A stretch of 55,377 nt of DNA, from contig JAFCCO010000008.1 of NCBI GenBank assembly GCA_017610175.1, positions 1 to 55,377 on the forward strand, read 5' to 3'. The notes below the pieces were generated by a model. It searched no databases, was not told where the DNA came from, and saw nothing but the letters and a program-made list of their open reading frames with translations. The DNA comes from Candidatus Iainarchaeum sp. (GTDB lineage: Archaea > Iainarchaeota > Iainarchaeia > Iainarchaeales > GCA-2688035). Shown in pieces: positions 28,032 to 36,137 of the stretch (the stretch's first letter is position 1; every line of letters begins with the position of its first letter). Made by a program: the position numbers and the translations under genes.

Positions 28032-31000
28032 ATGCAACTTAATAAATTTCACATCATTTTTATTGCGCTAATTCTCGCGGCAGGAACAGCCAACGCAGCG
28101 GTCGCAACACTTGTCACAGAGGTTGTAAGCACAGAAAGCACAGAAAATTCATCTACCCCATCAATTGCGGTTGACGATACAAACATACACATAGCATGGC
28201 ATGACTCCACAAACTATGCAGGAGCCGGAACAGACCGAGACATATTCTACAAAACAAAAACAAAAATTGGCGGCGCCTGGTCGGACATGCAAACAGAAGT
28301 CGTAAGCACAGAAAGCACAGGAAACGCACAGTACCCTACAATTGCAGTAGACGACACAAACATACACATAACCTGGGCAGACAACACAGACTATGCAGGA
28401 GCCGGAACAGACACAGACATATTCTACAAAACCAAGGCAAAAACAGGAAACTGGCAAACAAACACAGAAGTAATAAGCACAGAAAGCACAGGAGTTTCAT
28501 CAATGTCCCAAATTGCGGTGGACGACACAAACATACACATAATATGGTACGACCAGACAAATTACCAAGATGCAGGAACAGACTACGACATATTCTACAA
28601 AACAAAAGCAAAAATAAACGGCCCAATGAACGACCAAAACTGGGCAATGCAAACACAAGTAATAAGCACAGAAAGCACAAGCCCCTCCTATTACCCCTCA
28701 ATTGCGATAGACGATGTAAATATATATGTAGTGTGGGGGGATTACACGGATTATGCAGGAGCGGGCGGTAGTTACAAAAACATTTTCTACAAAACAAAGG
28801 CAAAAATAAACGGCCCAATGAACAACCAAAACTGGGCAATGCAAACAGAAGTCGTAAGCTCGGAAAGTACGGGACGTACTGAATCTGCCACAATTGCAGT
28901 AGACGACACAAACATATACATAGCATGGGAAGACCAAACAAATTATGGGAGTTCGGGAACCGACTACGACATATTCTACAAAACAAAAGCAAAAATAAAC
29001 GGCCCAATGAACGACCAAAACTGGGCAATGCAAACACAAGTAATAAGCACAGAAAGCACAGGAAATTCACAAAATCCTTCAATTGCAGTAGACGACACAA
29101 ACATACACATAACATGGGCAGACAACACAGACTATGCAGGAGCCGGAACAGACACAGACATATTCTACAAAACCAAAGCAAAAATAAACGGCCCAATGAA
29201 CGACCAAAACTGGGCAATGCAAACACAAGTAATAAGCACAGAAAGCACAGTAACCTCAAACAGCCCTGATTTGAATGTTTATGGTGGAAAAGTTTTTATC
29301 ACATGGGTGGACAGCAGTGACTTTAACGGCACAGACCAGGATATAACATTTTATTCATTTACCCCCTCTGAATTGCCGTCTGTTTCAATAACCGCACCAA
29401 GCGGGGGGATAGTTGTTTCAAACAACACAACTGTTTCAGCCACGGTAAGTGCAATTGAAAAAATCCAAGCTGTAAACTTTTATTACACTCCAAACATAAT
29501 GACTGGCAAAACCGGAACACTAATCTGCTCGGACTCAAGTTCGCCATACTCCTGCAATTGGAACCCAACTGCCATCGCAGACACCCAGTACAAAATAAAA
29601 GCAATAGCATTAACAACAGACGGGGATAAAGTTCAAAACATTATGAACAGGGCATTTACTACGGACAACAATGGACACAGCGACATATACAACTTTCTAA
29701 CCTGTTCAAACTGCTGGGCTTTCGAAGAAAAAGACGCAAGCCTTCCACTTGACACATTATACCTGGATACAAACACAGCAATAGATGCAAGCACAAATAT
29801 CGAAACAAGCGATGACACGCGCGAGTTCTTCTCAGGAACTCTAGATTACTACGAAATCCAGCAATTCATTTTCAATGTTATAGACCACACACCCCACACC
29901 CTTAACATGCATTTTCAGTATGAAGGAGCAGCAACCCAAGAGGACTCAGCCGGCTTAAAGCTGTATGTATGGAATTTTGACACGCCGGGTTATGAGCTGC
30001 TTGCAAGTAACGACAATTGGATTGAAACAACAATCAGCGAGACAATCACAAGCAACTTCAACAATTACATTAACACTGACGGAAACGTTTTCATAATAGC
30101 TGAAAGCTCAACAGTAGTTGACAGCTGCCCTTTTTTATACGTCTGGAATGGAACTGAATTTGTTTTGGAAGATGACCTGATTAACCAAGGGATGCTTGGG
30201 GTATGGAACGCTTTGGGCCGAAGACGGGCTTACCCCCACGATTTTGAAGTAATAGACAAGCCACTGGTTGCAGAAAACGGAAAATACAAACTGGAAATAA
30301 AGCAAACAGCAGACGAACTAAGCTATATAGACAAAGTAAACTTATACTATTTTGACCTGCCAAAGTGGCTGGATGTAATGCCTGGTGCATCCGCAATGAC
30401 AACTGTCTGGGAAAAAGAAGAAACCCAAAAAATCGGAAAAGAACTCAACACCCTGCACACGGTAAGCAAAAAACCAAAAACACCAATTTCCTGCACAGAC
30501 AAAAAAGGAAACTGCCTTGAAAAAATAGCAAAAAAAGATTATCAAATTGAATCGGAAACAGTCCATGGATTCAAACCAAAAGAAGCAGTCCTTGGAACAC
30601 AATTTGAATGGGACATTATAACCCTTGACCTGGGAGATTTAAGCAAAGCAAAAGAAATAAAACTAATAACCAGCGGCACAACCGAATGGCCAACCCAACC
30701 AGACTGGGACACAAACCCAAACGCAACAGGAACACACCCTGCATTCATTGAAACAATCGGCTTGAATGGAGAATGGGAATTTGCAACACACACCCCAATC
30801 CCAAACGGCTACGGAGAAACCTACGCCTTCCCCATAACAAACATATTCAAAACAAACGACTACAGAATAAGGCTAAACATCTTTGCAAAAACACACCTGG
30901 ACTATATTGCAACAGACACAACCCCTGACTTGAGTTTAGAGCTGAAAGAACTCCCACTAACAAAAGCAGAACTATACAACTTCGGAAAAGGAACAAGCTT

Positions 31001-33179
31001 TGAAGGAAACATAACCAAATACGGAAACATCCTACCGCTACTTAAAAAAACAGACAACAAGTACGCAATACTCCCACAAGGAGACGGAATAAAACTCGAA
31101 TTTGAAGAAGAACAAAACAATTTCTTTGGAATAAACACAACCAAACTAAAAGAAATGTTGGGGCTTGAAAAAAGATTCATACTCAACACAGACGGGTACT
31201 TCAAACAAGAAAAATACGGACTAGAAAGAACAGTCAACCCCATCCCATTCTACAACCAAACAAACTATCCCTACCCCCCAGAGGAACAGTACCCACAAGA
31301 CAAAGAACATCAAGATTACCTAACAGAATGGAACACAAGACACACAACACCAACCGAACCAGACCACAACACAATCTACACAGACTTCGTGCAGTTGACA
31401 GTTTCCTACAACAACGCACCCGACGGGAACGTTGTAACAATTGAAGGAAACGACGCAACCCAAGGCCAGCCAATATATTCCTACAACAACGACGGCAACC
31501 TAACAATAGACTTTAATGTTTCAGATCCAAACAACAGCTCTCTTACCGCAGACATAAATTATTCAGCAACAAACACACAAGGAACCGGAACCGCAATTGC
31601 GAACAATCTCCCCCTTTCAGCAGACATTTGTGACGACGCAAACTTTTTGGATTCAACAAAGTGTTCATGGGACTGGGATATTCAGGAAACATCCGATGGA
31701 AACTACTTCATTAATATATTAGTAAAAGACAGCTACGGTCTATCCGATTACAACTCAAGCCAAACACTCTACATTGACGCGACCGGCCCAAGCATAAACA
31801 TCCACACAATCGACGAAAACCCAGACAACGCAACACTCCCACCCTTCACATTCAGTACAGACGGAAACCTAACAATAGACTTCAACGTATTGGATGAACA
31901 AGGCGGAAACCTAACAGTAGACCTAAACTACTCAACAAGTGATGTGCAAGGAACAGGAACACCAATCGCCAACAACCTTTCATTAAGCGCAACAATATGT
32001 GATAACACAGACTTTTCCAACACAACACAATGCTCATGGGATTGGGACATCTCAACCGCACAGGCAGACGAATATTATATCATCGCACTCGTAAGCGATG
32101 GCACACTCACAGGATACAACCCATCAAACAACACCCTGCAAATATACCTACCCACAACCGAGTTAGGAGGACCAGGGCAAGCCTACTGCGGAGACAGAGA
32201 ATGCAACGGCCGGGAAACAGCTTCCACCTGCGCCCTAGACTGCCCACCAGTGTGTGGTGACGGAGCCTGCACGGGAACAGAATCATTTTTCACCTGCCCG
32301 CAAGACTGCTTCGGATGCGGAGATGGAACATGCTCAAGCACTGAAAGCTATTCAACCTGCCCGGCAGACTGCGAGTCTGTGTGCGGAGACAACGTTTGTG
32401 CGGACACAGAAAACTGCCTAACCTGCCCAAACGACTGCGGAACATGCCCTGAAGAAAAAACAATCCTCAAACAAGTAATTAAAGAAGCAACAAAAGAAGA
32501 AATTGAGGAAGTGCTCGAATCAATCGGGGAAGAACAAACAATCAAAAGTGCTGAAGAAGCAGCAGAAAAAGTAAAACTCGAAAGAACAGTAAAAGTACAA
32601 GAAGCACAAATCACAACAACAAAAACCGGCTACAAAACAACAATCTCAATCAAAGCAACAAACAAAACAGGAAAAAAACTCAAAAACATAAAAATACTCG
32701 AAGTCATTCCAAAGGACGTTGCTGAAACAGCTTCACTAATCAAAAGCGACCTCAAATTCCGCGTAATACAAGAAGACCCAATAATCGAATTCACAATAGG
32801 AGAAATTGGAATAGGGCAAACAGCAGAAGTAACCTACTTCGTAGAAAAGAAAATAGAACAGGCAACACTCGCAGAATGGGTGGCCCCGATCCCAACCGCC
32901 GCAAAAGAAATAACCCCAAAACCAACAACATGCTCAATCGATTCAGACTGCGACGACCAAGAACCCTGCACAAACGAATTCTGCCTAAACGGACAATGCA
33001 GCTTTATTCCGGTGGCCAACGGAACAACCTGCGGATTCGGAATGGAGTGCAAAAGCGCAGAATGCACTGAAATACAACGCATTCAGACAGCAGAAGAACA
33101 AGACCACAACACAATTTTGATTGCAGCCGCAGTACTCCTAATCATTGCAGCAGCCGCATGGCACTACAAAAAAATGTAA
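28032..33179 (+). CDS. 1715-aa modular surface protein: 7-repeat beta-propeller-like head, Ig-like domain, beta-sandwich with inserted CPFLY domain, two DGNLT modules, Cys-rich stalk, TM anchor
   Basis: Signal peptide ending TANA; TEVVSTEST...IAVDDTNI...DIFYK repeats; SCPFLYVWNG...YPY...WNTR; shared stalk module. Confidence 0.88.
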   Translation: MQLNKFHIIFIALILAAGTANAAVATLVTEVVSTESTENSSTPSIAVDDTNIHIAWHDSTNYAGAGTDRDIFYKTKTKIGGAWSDMQTEVVSTESTGNAQYPTIAVDDTNIHITWADNTDYAGAGTDTDIFYKTKAKTGNWQTNTEVISTESTGVSSMSQIAVDDTNIHIIWYDQTNYQDAGTDYDIFYKTKAKINGPMNDQNWAMQTQVISTESTSPSYYPSIAIDDVNIYVVWGDYTDYAGAGGSYKNIFYKTKAKINGPMNNQNWAMQTEVVSSESTGRTESATIAVDDTNIYIAWEDQTNYGSSGTDYDIFYKTKAKINGPMNDQNWAMQTQVISTESTGNSQNPSIAVDDTNIHITWADNTDYAGAGTDTDIFYKTKAKINGPMNDQNWAMQTQVISTESTVTSNSPDLNVYGGKVFITWVDSSDFNGTDQDITFYSFTPSELPSVSITAPSGGIVVSNNTTVSATVSAIEKIQAVNFYYTPNIMTGKTGTLICSDSSSPYSCNWNPTAIADTQYKIKAIALTTDGDKVQNIMNRAFTTDNNGHSDIYNFLTCSNCWAFEEKDASLPLDTLYLDTNTAIDASTNIETSDDTREFFSGTLDYYEIQQFIFNVIDHTPHTLNMHFQYEGAATQEDSAGLKLYVWNFDTPGYELLASNDNWIETTISETITSNFNNYINTDGNVFIIAESSTVVDSCPFLYVWNGTEFVLEDDLINQGMLGVWNALGRRRAYPHDFEVIDKPLVAENGKYKLEIKQTADELSYIDKVNLYYFDLPKWLDVMPGASAMTTVWEKEETQKIGKELNTLHTVSKKPKTPISCTDKKGNCLEKIAKKDYQIESETVHGFKPKEAVLGTQFEWDIITLDLGDLSKAKEIKLITSGTTEWPTQPDWDTNPNATGTHPAFIETIGLNGEWEFATHTPIPNGYGETYAFPITNIFKTNDYRIRLNIFAKTHLDYIATDTTPDLSLELKELPLTKAELYNFGKGTSFEGNITKYGNILPLLKKTDNKYAILPQGDGIKLEFEEEQNNFFGINTTKLKEMLGLEKRFILNTDGYFKQEKYGLERTVNPIPFYNQTNYPYPPEEQYPQDKEHQDYLTEWNTRHTTPTEPDHNTIYTDFVQLTVSYNNAPDGNVVTIEGNDATQGQPIYSYNNDGNLTIDFNVSDPNNSSLTADINYSATNTQGTGTAIANNLPLSADICDDANFLDSTKCSWDWDIQETSDGNYFINILVKDSYGLSDYNSSQTLYIDATGPSINIHTIDENPDNATLPPFTFSTDGNLTIDFNVLDEQGGNLTVDLNYSTSDVQGTGTPIANNLSLSATICDNTDFSNTTQCSWDWDISTAQADEYYIIALVSDGTLTGYNPSNNTLQIYLPTTELGGPGQAYCGDRECNGRETASTCALDCPPVCGDGACTGTESFFTCPQDCFGCGDGTCSSTESYSTCPADCESVCGDNVCADTENCLTCPNDCGTCPEEKTILKQVIKEATKEEIEEVLESIGEEQTIKSAEEAAEKVKLERTVKVQEAQITTTKTGYKTTISIKATNKTGKKLKNIKILEVIPKDVAETASLIKSDLKFRVIQEDPIIEFTIGEIGIGQTAEVTYFVEKKIEQATLAEWVAPIPTAAKEITPKPTTCSIDSDCDDQEPCTNEFCLNGQCSFIPVANGTTCGFGMECKSAECTEIQRIQTAEEQDHNTILIAAAVLLIIAAAAWHYKKM
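28116..29360 (+). repeat. Seven coding tandem repeats (~170-190 bp; last one shorter and diverged)
   Basis: A 99-bp stretch at 28581..28679 is identical to 28962..29060. The repeats preserve the reading frame. Confidence 0.92.
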
Positions 33180-33231
33180 AAAATGGGGCAGTAACGCTTA
33201 TTAACGAGTTAAAGCATATTAGGAAAGGTGA

Positions 33232-33999
33232 TTGGCTTTGGCTAAAAATGAGGAAAAACTTATTGAATTTGTTGAAAAGCAAAATCTCGACCTGAAGGGG
33301 TTCACACTTATAGAGGGCTTTCCCGGAATGGGGCTTGTTGGAACAATCGGCGCAAAGTATGTGGCTGAAAAACTTGGATTCAAGGAGATGGGTTACATTG
33401 ATGCCAGGGTCTTTGTCCCAATAATCAGAGTCCACAAGGGCCTGCCTGTTCACCCAAGCAGAATCTATATTGAACGCAAAAGAAAGCTTGCGCTTTTAAT
33501 CTCTGAACAGATTGTTCCGCAGGTTTTCACAGACAAGCTTGCCCGCGAAATTGTCGCATGGGTTAAGCGTAAGAAAATTAAGAGGGTTATCTCACTAAGT
33601 GGAATCCGCGCACTTCCAAGCAAGGAAGGGAGGGAAGTTGTTTACGGAATTGCAAGCGATGAAGCCAGCAAGAAAATGCTTCGCGAAAACAAGGTACAGC
33701 TAATTCAGGAGGGAATTACCTCAGGGGTTACGGCACTAATAATGCTTGGCCTAAAAGACAACAAGATTGAGGCATTCTCTTTGATGGGAAATGTTCACAT
33801 TGCCGCAGACTACAAGGCAGCCACATCCATTCTTGAAAAGCTAAGCGAAATGCTGAACCTCGGCCTTGACACAAAACCACTTAAGAAAGAGGCAAAGGAA
33901 ACGGAGAAAGCGCTTTTAGAGCACTTAAAGCAATTTAAGAAAACACAGGAAGACACCTCAAAAATAGAGGGAAACAACCAGCTTTCAATGTACACTTAA
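33232..33999 (+). CDS. PAC2-family proteasome assembly chaperone
   Basis: LIEGFPGMGLVGTI, HPSRIY, ISLSG, GITSGVT; AGGTGA SD before a TTG start. Confidence 0.9.
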   Translation: MALAKNEEKLIEFVEKQNLDLKGFTLIEGFPGMGLVGTIGAKYVAEKLGFKEMGYIDARVFVPIIRVHKGLPVHPSRIYIERKRKLALLISEQIVPQVFTDKLAREIVAWVKRKKIKRVISLSGIRALPSKEGREVVYGIASDEASKKMLRENKVQLIQEGITSGVTALIMLGLKDNKIEAFSLMGNVHIAADYKAATSILEKLSEMLNLGLDTKPLKKEAKETEKALLEHLKQFKKTQEDTSKIEGNNQLSMYT

Positions 34000-34073
34000 G
34001 CCAAAAAGGAAACAAATATTAAGTGGAAAAACACCTAAATCTATTAACTGAAGTAAATTAACTTGTGGTAAAT

Positions 34074-34580
34074 ATGGCTAGGAGAAAGGTTGCCAGCAAA
34101 AGGGTTGTCCAGATGCCAAAGGGCGGAAAGGTAAAGCCCAAAAGAGCCAGAAAGATTAGGGTCCAAAAGGGATCAACAGTAACAATTCACACACCCAAAA
34201 AGGGGCAAGGAGGAAAAAATATGCGACCAAAAAGGAGAGCACCAGCAAAGAAAAAAACAGTTAAGAAAAAAGTAGCCAAGAAAAAGGTTGCAAAAAGGCC
34301 AGTGGCAAGGAGAAAAGTTGCAAAGAAAAAAGTAGCCAGGCGACCAGCCCCAAGGCCAGCAGCACGAAGACCTGCAGCAAGAGGCGGAGCCGGAAGAGGC
34401 GCAGCACCCGCTAGAAAGAAACCGGTTTACAGAAGCAGTGGAACAGCTGAGCGCGTTGAAATTTCAGGCCAGAGAATTCCTGTAAAGGTTGAAAGGTCCA
34501 CACTCCAGATTACAAAGCAAACAGGTGTAAGGGTTACAAGCAGGAAAGTTGGGCCAAAGAAGAAAGTTATCAGAATATAA
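34074..34580 (+). CDS. Extremely basic Lys/Arg/Ala/Val-rich protein, histone H1/Hc2-like repeats
   Basis: KKKTVKKKVAKKKVAKRPVARRKVAKKKVARR pentapeptide repeats; almost no acidic residues. Confidence 0.75.
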   Translation: MARRKVASKRVVQMPKGGKVKPKRARKIRVQKGSTVTIHTPKKGQGGKNMRPKRRAPAKKKTVKKKVAKKKVAKRPVARRKVAKKKVARRPAPRPAARRPAARGGAGRGAAPARKKPVYRSSGTAERVEISGQRIPVKVERSTLQITKQTGVRVTSRKVGPKKKVIRI

Positions 34581-34616
34581 GCGCTTTAAGCGCATAACAA
34601 GGGACGTGCAAGGGAA

Positions 34617-35495
34617 ATGGCCGGAAGAAAACGCAGACCAAAATTCAGAGACCACGGAGTGGCGAATGAAGTACACGTCTCCGGGTCAAGAGTTCCGGTT
34701 CACGTTGAAAGGTCAACCCTTGAAATCACCCGCGAGCGCGGAGCAAACATCCGCGTCCGCGAAGTGGAAGGCGGAACACACGAAATACGCGTTGTGGACG
34801 AAAGAGGGCGAAGAAGGAGAAGGCGCGACAACAGACTTCACCCAAACGAAATGAACCGCATCCAGCAGGAACTGCAGGCCCAGCAAGCACAGAGAAAACA
34901 GATGGTTGACAGGATTGTTGGAGGCAGTGCAGAGCACAAGAAATACATTGACAGCCTTAAATCCGCAAGAACCCCTGGTGGAATCCTTTCAAGAATTTGG
35001 GGCGCCGCAACCGGCAAAGGGAAAGCAGGCGCAAACCAGCCGTCAAACGTCGGCTCATTCCCACCAATGCACCCGCTTAAGGCCGCAGACGTGTTGAAAA
35101 AAAGCATTCAGTATCCGCACACAAATAAAAAAGGCACAGTTTACACATCCAGAAGAAGAGAAACAAACAAAAGAACTAAAATGGATGAACTAAAAGCTGA
35201 ACTCCCCATTAGCAAGGACATCGCAAGAGAAATTGGCATCCCTGAAGCAGAACTGGCACGGGTTAGAGGAGGCTTTATAACAGTTAATTTTTCAGAAACA
35301 TTGCAAAGGGTACTTGCCGGTTGGACAAATACAACAAACGTTGCATTGGGCGAACTGCAAAGAAGACCAACAGACGCTCGGTTGATTACTTACAAAAACA
35401 CTTTGGCTGAGGCAGACAAACAGTTCAAGATTATCAGGGGACTTATTGAACAGGCTTACAGGACCGCGCTTGTGAAAAAAAAAATTAGGCTATAG
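34617..35495 (+). CDS. Basic hypothetical protein sharing a VERSTL motif with the upstream gene
   Basis: VHVSGSRVPVHVERSTLEIT vs VEISGQRIPVKVERSTLQIT; RRRRRR run; helical C-terminus. Confidence 0.72.
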   Translation: MAGRKRRPKFRDHGVANEVHVSGSRVPVHVERSTLEITRERGANIRVREVEGGTHEIRVVDERGRRRRRRDNRLHPNEMNRIQQELQAQQAQRKQMVDRIVGGSAEHKKYIDSLKSARTPGGILSRIWGAATGKGKAGANQPSNVGSFPPMHPLKAADVLKKSIQYPHTNKKGTVYTSRRRETNKRTKMDELKAELPISKDIAREIGIPEAELARVRGGFITVNFSETLQRVLAGWTNTTNVALGELQRRPTDARLITYKNTLAEADKQFKIIRGLIEQAYRTALVKKKIRL

Positions 35496-35498
35496 CAG

Positions 35499-36137
35499 TT
35501 AGGCCTTCAAAACTACTTTGCTTCCCTCTTTTAGCCTCAGTTTCTCCCTTAAATTTGAGCCTGCAATAACCTCAATCTGATCAGGCGGGTGAGTGCTTCG
35601 CTCCGGAAAAATTATTGCCGCAGTTTCTGCCCCAACCTTGACCCTGAATGCTTTGATGCTTCCAAATGTTCTGTCCTTTGTTTTGAACCCGCTTATTTTT
35701 GTCCCCTCAAGCCCCGAAAGGAATGCAAAGAGCTCTGCCTCGTCAATGATTAGGTTAAGGGTTCCTGCAAACGGCTTGAATCCAAGCTTTTGCTCAAATT
35801 GTTTTACATAGGGGGAGAGGGACATGTAGTAAGAGCCCTCACCCAGCCCCTTTGTTAGAATTCCCTGCAAAGAGAGCGCTTTTTTTGGCTCAAAAACATT
35901 CTTCAGCTCAATATAATCCGCTTTCAGGATTCCTAAGCCCTGTTTGGATGGCCTTGCGTTTATTCCGCGCGGTGATGTTTCAAGCTCAATTAGCCCCTTC
36001 CTTTTCAGTTCACGCAGGTTCCTTGAAACCGATTGCTGTGATATCCCAAGTGATTGCGCAATTTTAAGTGTTGATGATGAGAATGTCTTTCCCCTTGCAC
36101 CCTTTGCAATCAGAAGCAATAGCTTATGCCCTGTCAA
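35499..36137 (-). CDS. ribK: CTP-dependent riboflavin kinase with N-terminal winged HTH (RbkR-like)
   Basis: HTH IAQSLGISQQSVSRNL; GLGEGSYY, PFAGTLNL, RTFG, PERSTH, EVIA..NLRE. Confidence 0.93.
   Translation of the reverse strand: MTGHKLLLLIAKGARGKTFSSSTLKIAQSLGISQQSVSRNLRELKRKGLIELETSPRGINARPSKQGLGILKADYIELKNVFEPKKALSLQGILTKGLGEGSYYMSLSPYVKQFEQKLGFKPFAGTLNLIIDEAELFAFLSGLEGTKISGFKTKDRTFGSIKAFRVKVGAETAAIIFPERSTHPPDQIEVIAGSNLREKLRLKEGSKVVLKA

Noticed and set aside
28116-29360. Regular repeats with variable intervening sequence as a CRISPR array
   Set aside because: Units are 170-190 bp, in frame within a long ORF, and no cas genes are present.
30126-31370. Canonical intein
   Set aside because: The termini look right but Hint blocks A, B and F are not recognisable; kept only as a hypothesis in findings.
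28032-33179. Diversity-generating retroelement target
   Set aside because: No reverse transcriptase in the window, and the differences between repeats are not restricted to adenines.
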